Assembly: GCA_945833895.1 (NCBI GenBank)
Contig: CAMAGQ010000001.1
Coordinates: 1-40,864, forward strand
Length of the DNA: 40,864 bases
From: an uncultured bacterium
Lineage (GTDB): Bacteria > Cyanobacteriota > Vampirovibrionia > Gastranaerophilales > Gastranaerophilaceae
Direction: 5' to 3'
Each line of letters opens with the position of its first letter. Position 1 is the first letter of the stretch. This document shows positions 17,719 through 25,328 of this stretch, one piece after another. The notes below the pieces were generated by a model, which made no database searches, was not told where the DNA came from, and was given only the letters and a program-made list of their open reading frames with translations. The translations under genes were made by a program, and so were the position numbers.

Positions 17719-19071
17719 ATGAATATAGTTATTATTGGCGGAGTTGCTGCAGGAGCAAAGGCTGCCGCAAAAATTAAACGATTATTGCCCGATGCGAGCG
17801 TGAAAATTTTTACTGATGATACCCACGTTTCTTACTCTTCGTGCGGTTTACCCTATTATATACAAGGAAATTTCAAAGATTATACAATGCTTCTTGTTCG
17901 GTCTGTTGAAGAGTTTAAAAAATCAGGCATTGATGTTTATTTACAGCACAAAGTTACAAAAATCGACTTAAAATCAAAAAATATAACTGTGAATAACAAT
18001 TTTAACGATTTTTATGTGCCTTATGACAGATTGATTATTGCAACGGGTGCAAGACCGTTTATCCCGGAGGTTAAGGGAGTTCACGACTATACAAACATTT
18101 ATATTCTGCGTAAAATTGAAGATGGTATAAAAATCCGAAATAAAATGCTTGAAAGCAAAAAGGTTGTAATTGCAGGAAGCGGTTTTATCGGGCTTGAATT
18201 ACTTGAGGCATTTGTTCAAAACGGTTTAGAGGTTACTCTTATTGAGCGTAAAAACAGACTAATGCCTGCATTTGACGAGGATATGTCAAAAATTATACGT
18301 GACAGACTTGAAAGTATTGAAAATCGGTCTTTTAAACTTATCACGGATGAAAGTATTGTGGAATTTGCAGGAGAAGGCGAAAACGCAAGCAAGGTTATAA
18401 CATCGACAGGCAGGGAAATTGAAACGGATTTTGTCGTGTTGTGTGCAGGTGTTGTTCCAAATACAGAAATCGCACGAGAAGCAGGATTGATAATCGGAAA
18501 ATCAGGAGCGATTAAGGTTAATAAACTTATGCAAACTTCTGCCGTGAATGTCTTTGCTTGCGGGGATTGTTGCGAAGAGCCGCATTTGATAAACGGTCAG
18601 TCAGTCTGGGTTCCTCTTGGTTCAACTGCAAATAAAGAAGGTCGATGTGCGGCAATGAACGCGGCAGGAATTTATACTGTATTTGAAGGTGTTTTAGGGT
18701 CTGCTGTTACAAGATGTCTTAATACAACAATGTCAATGACAGGGTTTACTGAAAGAGAAGCCCAAAACTTTGGCTACACACCGATTTCTGTGACTGTTAA
18801 TAAAAATGATATGGTTGCTTATATGCCTGAAGTTGGTGATTTTACATTGAAAGTCGTTGCAGATAAGGTTACGGGGCTGCTTTTAGGCGGGCAAGCCGTC
18901 GGTTCTATTGGTGCGGATAAAAGGATAAACGCACTGGCGGGAGCTTTGACAGGCAGATTGACAGTGAGAGAATTTGCAAATAACGATTTTACTTATTCTC
19001 CGCCGTTTTCGCCGACAATTGATCCGCTACTTGATGCGATGAATTTATTATGTGCTAAACTTGGCTGTTAA
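17719..19071 (+). CDS. NADH oxidase / CoA-disulfide reductase family flavoprotein (single redox Cys)
   Basis: 450 aa. IIGGVAAGAKAA FAD motif, active-site SYSSCGLPYY, second Rossmann GSGFIGLE, GDC motif near the FAD site. Confidence 0.85.
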   Translation: MNIVIIGGVAAGAKAAAKIKRLLPDASVKIFTDDTHVSYSSCGLPYYIQGNFKDYTMLLVRSVEEFKKSGIDVYLQHKVTKIDLKSKNITVNNNFNDFYVPYDRLIIATGARPFIPEVKGVHDYTNIYILRKIEDGIKIRNKMLESKKVVIAGSGFIGLELLEAFVQNGLEVTLIERKNRLMPAFDEDMSKIIRDRLESIENRSFKLITDESIVEFAGEGENASKVITSTGREIETDFVVLCAGVVPNTEIAREAGLIIGKSGAIKVNKLMQTSAVNVFACGDCCEEPHLINGQSVWVPLGSTANKEGRCAAMNAAGIYTVFEGVLGSAVTRCLNTTMSMTGFTEREAQNFGYTPISVTVNKNDMVAYMPEVGDFTLKVVADKVTGLLLGGQAVGSIGADKRINALAGALTGRLTVREFANNDFTYSPPFSPTIDPLLDAMNLLCAKLGC

Positions 19072-20383
19072 TCGTGTTATGAACGTATCTTGCGACTGCT
19101 TCGCCCATTGCAAAACAGTTTGCCTGAACTCTCAACGCTCCTTGAGCCATGTAATCAGCCGACAAGCACCTTCCAACAATAAATAAATTGTCATAATCAG
19201 CTGACATCAGACTTTCTATCGGTAACTGGTATTCACCGTCAATTTCAAACGTGGAACTGTTTTTGTCCTTAGAATGAACATCAACGGGATAATTTGATAC
19301 TAATGCAGGATTATCAAACTTTTTGCCCGAGCGTAAATCGTCTATTGTATAAACATATTTCCCTTTTACTCTGTTTGAAACTCTTATGCCTATTTCATCA
19401 GAAATATTTGAGATGAAAGCTTTTTCAAAGCCTGGAATATATTTTTTGCAAAATTCTGACATTCTGTAAATGACTGCTCTGCCTTCAATTAGGGCTTTTG
19501 TAGTATCTTGTGTCATATTAGGGTTAAGGTTTTCGACTATTCTCGGACAGTTAAACGCAATAGTATTAGGCATTCCCGCAACTGTGAATATCTGAAAATA
19601 GTTTCTGTCCTCGTCTTTCAGGTCGCCTGCTTCTACAGCCTTGTCAAATATAGGTGCTAACGCCCATTTCGTATTACTGTCCCACGTGTAAGCTGTCGAC
19701 AGATGCGGAGTATTGTTTATAATCTCAAACGTTGTAACCTCTCGGTTTTTGTCGATTTCAGTCAACCAATCGCCTAAGAATTGAACATTAACCCCGCTCA
19801 TTAAAAATCTCAAACTCATAGGCTGATATTCGTTTGAATCTTCAATCATTTGGCAATTAATTTTTTTGCAAAAATCAGCATTGCCTGTCGCATCTACAAC
19901 ATACTTCGCTCCGATACATACCGATAAAACATTATCGAAAGAAATAGAATTATTATCACTATATATCGAATAGTTATATGACGATAATGTAGTAGAGTTG
20001 ATGTTTAACTTAACAATCTCTGAACCGCTTAGTTTAACGTTTGTAACTTCGGTATTTAGTCGAACATCGACATTTGCCTCAAGCATCATTTTGTCCAGAA
20101 CTATTTTAGCAAGTTCGGGATTAAACCAGCCGATATTGTCCTGATATGTTACTTGAGCACCAATTTCGCTCAATTTCATTGCAAGAGTTTTGTAAAAGGC
20201 AGTATTTATGAGGTTGTTGCCTGTTTTCATCACAGGGATAACAAGATTAGAGGTAATCGCACCGCCAAGGAATGAATTACGTTCAATCAAAAGTGTTTTA
20301 AGCCCTAACTTACCGCTTATGTATGCCGCAGCACAACCGGCAGTACCGCCGCCAATAATTACTATATCATATATTTTTTTCAT
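19055..20383 (-). CDS. FAD-dependent oxidoreductase (FAD_oxidored/PF12831-like by recall)
   Basis: 442 aa. N-terminal IIGGGTAGCAAAY...LLIERNSFLGGAITSNLV. AAGGAG SD 6 nt upstream. The 3' end overlaps the convergent gene by 17 nt. Confidence 0.75.
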   Translation of the reverse strand: MKKIYDIVIIGGGTAGCAAAYISGKLGLKTLLIERNSFLGGAITSNLVIPVMKTGNNLINTAFYKTLAMKLSEIGAQVTYQDNIGWFNPELAKIVLDKMMLEANVDVRLNTEVTNVKLSGSEIVKLNINSTTLSSYNYSIYSDNNSISFDNVLSVCIGAKYVVDATGNADFCKKINCQMIEDSNEYQPMSLRFLMSGVNVQFLGDWLTEIDKNREVTTFEIINNTPHLSTAYTWDSNTKWALAPIFDKAVEAGDLKDEDRNYFQIFTVAGMPNTIAFNCPRIVENLNPNMTQDTTKALIEGRAVIYRMSEFCKKYIPGFEKAFISNISDEIGIRVSNRVKGKYVYTIDDLRSGKKFDNPALVSNYPVDVHSKDKNSSTFEIDGEYQLPIESLMSADYDNLFIVGRCLSADYMAQGALRVQANCFAMGEAVARYVHNTINSQV

Positions 20384-20404
20384 AAATACTCCTTATGCCC
20401 CTTT

Positions 20405-20433
20405 AGTATAAATAATTATTTTAATTCGGTCAA
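20405..20433 (-). promoter_or_regulatory. sigma70-type promoter candidate for the FAD oxidoreductase gene
   Basis: On the minus strand: TTGACC (20428-20433), a 17-nt spacer, then TATACT (20405-20410), about 20 nt upstream of the ATG at 20383. Confidence 0.5.
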
Positions 20434-20621
20434 ATTTATTACAAATTGCCATAATATAGTTATGCTAGTGCAGATATTTCATATTATGCGGCGTGGCTCA
20501 CTAGATTTTAATGATGCAAAATTGTTTGCTAATCTTCTATGGTATGATATTGTGTTGAAAAAATTAGAAAAAATGACAATTCTTAAACATTACTACTATT
20601 AGATATATACCGATAAATGAT

Positions 20622-20897
20622 GTCATCTTGAGCGGCAGCGAAAGAGTTTTATTTATATGGATTCCTCGGGGGTAAATGTATTGGATACCGTCATTCTGAG
20701 CAAAGTATTGATGAAGGTTTAGGGTATTTTTACAGAGTGCGAAGAAACTGTCTCAAATAAGATTTTTCGGGCAAAAAATAATTGTCACCCTCAGAATGAC
20801 ATTGCCTGATGGACTTTGAGGCAATTAGTACATCATTTGTCCTCAGAATGGCAGTACCTAACGAGCCTTGAGGCAATTGGTAACAGCATTTACCCCC
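20622..20897. repeat. cluster of degenerate REP/BIME-like repeats with nested inverted repeats and a 52-bp tandem duplication
   Basis: The GTCATYYTGAG core occurs at 20622 and 20690 (+ orientation), and as CTCAGAATGRC at 20790 and 20842 (inverted). Inner 11-bp inverted repeat: 20690-20700 / 20790-20800. Outer 11-bp inverted repeat GGGGGTAAATG / CATTTACCCCC: 20668-20678 / 20887-20897. A 52-bp direct repeat starts at about 20783 and about 20835. Confidence 0.65.
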
Positions 20898-20910
20898 CCA
20901 AAAAAAAAAT

Positions 20911-22203
20911 TTACCCGTGTCCTTTCCGGTATTGGGAAGTTGACATTCTTATTGAGTTTTTTACCTCTGAATTTCTTGCCTCGATAATCGCCTCATTTTG
21001 CCACGTTAAATTCGGGTCACGATAAAATATACCCGCACGAGTTTTTAACAGCCCTAAATCGAATTCTGAGAGGGGATGTTTTATAAGTGATTTATCTTTA
21101 ACCGCAACAGTTCCGAAAAACTTGTTTTCCCGTTCTGAAAAAATATTGCCTATCGCAAATCCTGCTTCAATCATTCCGCCCCTGACTGAAGCCGAGGAAG
21201 AATATGTTAAAAGCATTCCGTCTTGTTCAAGGTGGTTAAAAAGTTCCTTGAAAAATTCATACGACCAAAGACAAGGACACTTTGAAGGCGTAAAAGCATC
21301 CAAAAATATCAAATTATACCTATTTTTATCATGTTTGATAACATTTCGAGCATCGTCTATATGGAAGTCTAAATCGACATCCGGTGTTTTAAGGGCTTCT
21401 ACGGCTGTTTTGTAACTGTCAGATACATGGTGATAATATATATTATGTAAGAAGGCGTACAAGTCCTCAGAAGGGGTGTAATTACCCTCTGATTTTATAT
21501 AACTTTCGAAAATTCGCCTGATTTCTTCTTCAAAAAACGGCTCAAAAATCGGGTTAGATAAAATCTCCCAAATCTCGGATTTTTGAATTTCTTCTGAATA
21601 TTTTATCAATATTTTGGCAAGTAAAATCAAATTTATCTCATTATCAATTTTTATTATCTCGGGTTGTATCGGGTTATCAAGATACTTGTGTATTTTTTCG
21701 TAATGAATAGAAGAATTATATTTTTTGTAATCTTTTTCCCCAGTTTTTATAAACGGAGATAAAAATATCAAAATTTTATCATTATCAACTGCTGTTACAG
21801 AAATTTTACGCAATGCGTTATAAGTATCTATCTCGCCGATATACTCTTCTGTTTTTGAGGTGCTTTTATTGGTATGTATCTGAGCGATACTATCTGTCTG
21901 ATAACAAAAATTATTATTGGTATATATCTGGGCGTAGTAATCTGTATTTGGTGAAATTTTTGGAGCTAATTTTTCTAAAATATTTTTCAAAAAAGATTTT
22001 GTGTTGTATCCGATTCCGTAACAAATGTCCAGAACTTTTATTTCATTTTTAGTTTGCAAAAGATAATCGATATTTGCAGGTAGCACAAACTTTTCGCAGG
22101 CTTCTGTTAATGCACCGGTTGCACTGTGGTAAATATCATTAAACTTTGGGCTGTACAGCCCTACAGAACCGTCTTTTGTAAAATATGGGTGAAAGTCATA
22201 CAT
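20911..22203 (-). CDS. MnmC/MnmD-type SAM-dependent tRNA (mnm5s2U34) methyltransferase-like protein with a large internal insertion
   Basis: The N-terminus (YFTKDGSVGLYSPKFNDIYHSATGALTEACEKFV, VLDICYGIGYN) and C-terminal part (YNLIFLDAFTPSKCPCLWSYEFFKEL...GMLLTYSSSASVRGGMIEAGF) match the MnmC methyltransferase domain (PF05430-like, recalled). They are separated by about 200 low-complexity residues. Confidence 0.6.
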   Translation of the reverse strand: MYDFHPYFTKDGSVGLYSPKFNDIYHSATGALTEACEKFVLPANIDYLLQTKNEIKVLDICYGIGYNTKSFLKNILEKLAPKISPNTDYYAQIYTNNNFCYQTDSIAQIHTNKSTSKTEEYIGEIDTYNALRKISVTAVDNDKILIFLSPFIKTGEKDYKKYNSSIHYEKIHKYLDNPIQPEIIKIDNEINLILLAKILIKYSEEIQKSEIWEILSNPIFEPFFEEEIRRIFESYIKSEGNYTPSEDLYAFLHNIYYHHVSDSYKTAVEALKTPDVDLDFHIDDARNVIKHDKNRYNLIFLDAFTPSKCPCLWSYEFFKELFNHLEQDGMLLTYSSSASVRGGMIEAGFAIGNIFSERENKFFGTVAVKDKSLIKHPLSEFDLGLLKTRAGIFYRDPNLTWQNEAIIEARNSEVKNSIRMSTSQYRKGHG

Positions 22204-22279
22204 AGTCTTACTTTAGCCCATTTTTACCTAAAAATGCAAATATTTCAAATTTCTTATAATAAGCCATTTTCTGTGTTTC

Positions 22280-22288
22280 TGGTATAAT
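22280..22288 (+). promoter_or_regulatory. extended -10 promoter candidate for thrB
   Basis: TGgTATAAT at 22280-22288, 22 nt upstream of the ATG. No clear -35. Confidence 0.35.
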
Positions 22289-22310
22289 ATAATCGGAAAG
22301 GTATTAAAAT

Positions 22311-23258
22311 ATGAAAGTAACAGTAAAAGTGCCTGCAACAACGGCTAATCTCGGCCCCGGATTTGATTGTCTGGGTATGGCACTTCCAATATATAACACA
22401 ATTACCATAGAAGAAACGGTTCTCCCCGGTACAGGTGTTGAGATTAACGTTTTTGCAGATAGCGATATCGTTGAACAGTCTTCACTTGAACATATTCCGC
22501 TTGATAATAACAGTATCGTATATAAAGCGGTTGAATTGCTTTACAATATGATTGGTCAATCACCTGCGGAACTTAGGATAAATATACATTCAAATATCCC
22601 TGTAGCAAGAGGATTAGGAAGCAGTTCTTCGGTTATTGTCGGAGCATTGTTTGCTGCTAACGAACTGCTTGGCAGACCTGCGGATGAGTTGGCTTTGTTA
22701 TCAATTGCGTGTGAAATTGAGGGACATCCTGATAATATTACCCCTGCAATCGTTGGCGGGCTTGTAATTTCATCACAAGAAGATGATGGCAGTGTCGTTT
22801 ATCGTAAACTTGATTGGCCTGAAGAATGGGCTGTAACGGTTTGTATTCCTGATTTTGAATTATCAACTGATATTGCAAGATCTGTTTTACCTGCTGAAGT
22901 TCCGATGGCTGATGCTGTTTTTAACGCAAAAAGACTTGCTATGTTTGTCCAAGCTGTCCATACAAAAGATTCAGAGTTGATGAAATTGGCTCTTCAAGAT
23001 AAATTACATCAACCGTACAGAATGAAACTCGTTCCGGGGCTTAATTCTATAATTGATAACCTGAAACACTTTGACAATGTTTTAGGCTGTGTCTTAAGCG
23101 GTGCCGGCTCTTCGATTTTAATAATTTCTGAGAAAAACAACATCGAAAAAATCAGAAGTGTTGTCAAAGACTCTTGGGCAGACCAAAACATTAAGTGCGA
23201 AATAAGAACACTTTCGATAGAAAACCATGGTGCACAGATTATCACAAACGAAGATTAG
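22311..23258 (+). CDS. thrB: homoserine kinase
   Basis: 315 aa. VPATTANLGPGFDCLG N-terminus and GHMP kinase motif PVARGLGSSSS. Confidence 0.93.
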   Translation: MKVTVKVPATTANLGPGFDCLGMALPIYNTITIEETVLPGTGVEINVFADSDIVEQSSLEHIPLDNNSIVYKAVELLYNMIGQSPAELRINIHSNIPVARGLGSSSSVIVGALFAANELLGRPADELALLSIACEIEGHPDNITPAIVGGLVISSQEDDGSVVYRKLDWPEEWAVTVCIPDFELSTDIARSVLPAEVPMADAVFNAKRLAMFVQAVHTKDSELMKLALQDKLHQPYRMKLVPGLNSIIDNLKHFDNVLGCVLSGAGSSILIISEKNNIEKIRSVVKDSWADQNIKCEIRTLSIENHGAQIITNED

Positions 23259-23333
23259 TCGTTGTGATATATATCAAGCCGATAAAATAATTCAAAAAAT
23301 CTTCCATAATTACTTTGATATGGAGGATTTTTT

Positions 23334-23519
23334 ATGAATATACGAATATTAGATTTATGTGTTGGGTGCGGTGCGTGTGCAATTATTAGCCCCGAAGTGT
23401 TTGAAATAGCCGAAAATAAAGCCATTGTTAACCCTGATAGAATAGAGTATTTTGAAGATCTATGCCTTGATGCAGCAATTACCTGCCCTGTTAATGCAAT
23501 CTCGATTGAAGAATATTAA
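23334..23519 (+). CDS. small single-cluster ferredoxin
   Basis: 61 aa. CVGCGAC...CP motif (CxxCxxC plus distal CP). GGAGGA SD 7 nt upstream. Confidence 0.85.
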   Translation: MNIRILDLCVGCGACAIISPEVFEIAENKAIVNPDRIEYFEDLCLDAAITCPVNAISIEEY

Positions 23520-23664
23520 GATTTGTAAAGGGCTAAAACCTGCCAATATAAAGAAAAAAATATTTTCCTACTAACCATTTAGCAATTTTTACTAAGAAAA
23601 ATACTTTATATAGGAGTAGGTAATATTTAATTATGGATTAAATCCATAGGAAGGTGGTAATAGT

Positions 23665-24159
23665 ATGATTTTAACAGGTACAGGAATTTTGGCTCACGGT
23701 ATGTCAACAATGTTGGATAAAAATAAGGGGAGCATGACAAATCGTTTTGATTGTGCAAAAGAACACGTTAAAAATGATACAAAAACAAGTGTAAAAATGG
23801 CTGTTCCTGTAGCAGCACTAGCGGGGGCTGCATATATCAAACATGCGAAACCGGCAACTAAGATGGCACAAGTTATCGCAAAAATGCCGAAAGTGTTAGG
23901 TCAGGGTATCGGTAAATTTCTAAAAGCATTAAAAGTAAACACTGTTGCAGAAAAAGTGTTGAAAAATCCGACAAAAGCAGGGGTTGTAGGACTTAGTATT
24001 GCCGCAGGTTTTTATGCAATTGATACATTGATGACCTGGGCAAATAAAAAAGGCAAAATTGATCAAAAATATGAAGATGCGGCAAAAATTGAATCACAAA
24101 CCAAAAACATCGTATTGGAAGCATACGCAAAGGCTGACAAAATCAATTATGATGTCTAA
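23665..24159 (+). CDS. hypothetical small protein with hydrophobic segments
   Basis: 164-aa ORF with a strong SD (GAAGGTGG) 8 nt upstream and a clean terminator downstream. Lys/Ala-rich, with a Gly/Ala-rich hydrophobic helix VVGLSIAAGFYAIDTLM. Confidence 0.65.
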   Translation: MILTGTGILAHGMSTMLDKNKGSMTNRFDCAKEHVKNDTKTSVKMAVPVAALAGAAYIKHAKPATKMAQVIAKMPKVLGQGIGKFLKALKVNTVAEKVLKNPTKAGVVGLSIAAGFYAIDTLMTWANKKGKIDQKYEDAAKIESQTKNIVLEAYAKADKINYDV

Positions 24160-24180
24160 TTCAGGATATCAAATTATTAT

Positions 24181-24210
24181 AAAAAGGTTCTCACTCGGGA
24201 ACCTTTTTTA
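24181..24210 (+). terminator. rho-independent terminator
   Basis: AAAAA-GGTTCTC-actc-GGGAACC-TTTTTT: a 7-bp stem including one G-U pair, then a T6 tract. Confidence 0.8.
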
Positions 24211-24251
24211 TTGTGTTGAAAGGTGCAAGGGAATTTAGTTTAGTTTTGTTC

Positions 24252-24348
24252 AGGGCAAAAATTGTCACCCATCCCAATCTTCACTCAGTATATGGAAGGA
24301 GTGATTGTTCTTTACCCTCACCCAATTGGAAAGGGTTGGGGTGAGGGT
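24252..24348. repeat. GC-rich palindromic intergenic element (same family as 20766-20790 and 33261-33299)
   Basis: GGGCAAAAATTGTCACCC (compare GGGCAAAAAATAATTGTCACCC at 20769-20790). Also a 10-bp hairpin ACCCTCACCC / GGGTGAGGGT (24314-24323 / 24339-24348). Confidence 0.55.
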
Positions 24349-24407
24349 TCAGTTTTTTCTCTGATGGGATATTTGCACAATTCCATCCCTTCCCGAGTGG
24401 TGCATCC

Positions 24408-24436
24408 ACAAAAAAAAGGACACTTTCAAGTCCTTT
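24408..24436 (-). terminator. rho-independent terminator immediately 3' of tRNA-Pro
   Basis: On the minus strand: AAGGAC, an 8-nt loop, GTCCTT, then a T7-8 tract. Confidence 0.8.
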
Positions 24437-24439
24437 AAA

Positions 24440-24516
<77 letters not shown>

Positions 24517-24594
24517 AAATAGATACCAAATAATATTTTGATATCTAAATTTTATATCAAACAAAAATTTTTGTACATAATATTTTTGATATAT

Positions 24595-24978
24595 TTATAC
24601 TTTATCCTCAGTTTTCTTTGATTTTTCTATTTCATCAAGTTTATCGTACATCTTTTCAAGATTTGGACTGAATTTCTTCATTAAAGCCATATCAATAATC
24701 GCATATAACGCACCTATTCCAAGTCCTATAAGGACATTTCGTTTTGTATGCTTTTTAGCAAGTTCTTTTAACGCTCCAGGAAGAGTTTTCTCTTTTGTTA
24801 ATAATTTGAACTTATCTCTGCTTTCTAAAATCCCGAAACCTATTGCACTACCTGCAATAAAATCATTTATTCCGCCAATTTGTATAAAATTTTGTTTATT
24901 ATACAACGTTGATTGCTTATTCTCGTTTTGTTTTTTGATTTGTGGGTTTGACGTAAAACTAACCTTTGAAATTTGCAT
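24595..24978 (-). CDS. hypothetical small membrane protein
   Basis: 127-aa ORF with an AGGAG SD 4 nt upstream. Two Gly-rich hydrophobic segments (GGINDFIAGSAIGFGIL, VLIGLGIGALYAIIDMALM). Confidence 0.65.
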   Translation of the reverse strand: MQISKVSFTSNPQIKKQNENKQSTLYNKQNFIQIGGINDFIAGSAIGFGILESRDKFKLLTKEKTLPGALKELAKKHTKRNVLIGLGIGALYAIIDMALMKKFSPNLEKMYDKLDEIEKSKKTEDKV

Positions 24979-25082
24979 GACTACTCCTATTCTCTATAGT
25001 TACATGCATTATAAGTCAAAACATAATTTATTTTGCTAGTGTTTTTGCAATTATTAACATCTTGTTGAGGAAAATGTAACAA

Positions 25083-25110
25083 CATAAAAAAAAGAGCCTT
25101 ACGGCTCTTT
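25083..25110 (-). terminator. rho-independent terminator 3' of tRNA-Val
   Basis: On the minus strand: AAGAGCC-gtaa-GGCTCTT followed by T8. Confidence 0.78.
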
Positions 25111-25117
25111 GATTAAA

Positions 25118-25193
25118 TGGTGGGTGTTGAGGGACTTGAACCCCCGACCCTCTCCTTGTAAGGGAGACGCTCTACCAACTGAGCTAAACACCC
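25118..25193 (-). tRNA. tRNA-Val (anticodon UAC), CCA encoded
   Basis: The reverse complement folds as acceptor GGGTGTT/AACACCC, D arm GCTC-AGTTGGTA-GAGC, anticodon stem TCTCC/GGAGA with loop CTTACAA, T arm GGGGG-TTCAAGT-CCCTC, and 3' ACCA. Confidence 0.9.
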
Positions 25194-25230
25194 ATTTCGG
25201 CTTGTCAAATTTACCTCTCTGACAAGATTT

Positions 25231-25259
25231 ATATTACCAAGAACAAAATTTTATGTCAA
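25231..25259 (-). promoter_or_regulatory. sigma70-type promoter candidate for tRNA-Val
   Basis: On the minus strand: consensus TTGACA (25254-25259), a 17-nt spacer, then TAATAT (25231-25236), about 38 nt upstream of the tRNA 5' end. Confidence 0.5.
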
Positions 25260-25328
25260 TAGGAATGTTGAAACTTTTTTTATTTTCTTTCGTCTATATT
25301 TTTGAACGAGGAATTACTGGGAGGAGAG

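Noticed and set aside
20462-20602. 46-codon ORF (MLVQIFHIMRRGSLDFNDAKLF...) in the central spacer
   Set aside because: There is no SD, it has AT-rich composition, and nothing corroborates it. I kept it only as a note inside the spacer finding rather than calling it a feature.
20783-20886. Possible CRISPR array
   Set aside because: There are only two degenerate 52-bp units with no unique spacers between short conserved repeats, and no cas genes in the window.
20816-21025. 69-aa + strand ORF starting with TTG
   Set aside because: It starts inside the 52-bp tandem repeat, reads through the C7A10 homopolymer and into the antisense of the MnmC-like gene. It is a repeat-derived artefact.
23533-23542. 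Shared 10-mer GGCTAAAACC with 34143-34152
   Set aside because: Hundreds of shared 10-mers are expected by chance within a 41-kb window, so this is not evidence of a repeat family.
23632-23648. 17-nt perfect palindrome TATGGATTAAATCCATA just upstream of the 164-aa gene's SD (possible operator)
   Set aside because: An 8-bp-arm palindrome is expected about once per 40 kb of AT-rich DNA for any given spacer, by my rough estimate. Without conservation data it is not distinguishable from chance.
25302-25328. Upstream alternative starts proposed by the ORF track: TTG 25302 for the sigma factor, TTG 11510 for the second transporter, and GTG 35896 for the response regulator
   Set aside because: In each case an in-frame ATG a few codons downstream has a properly spaced SD (GGGAGGAG, AGAAAGAG and AAGGTG respectively), so I preferred the ATG.
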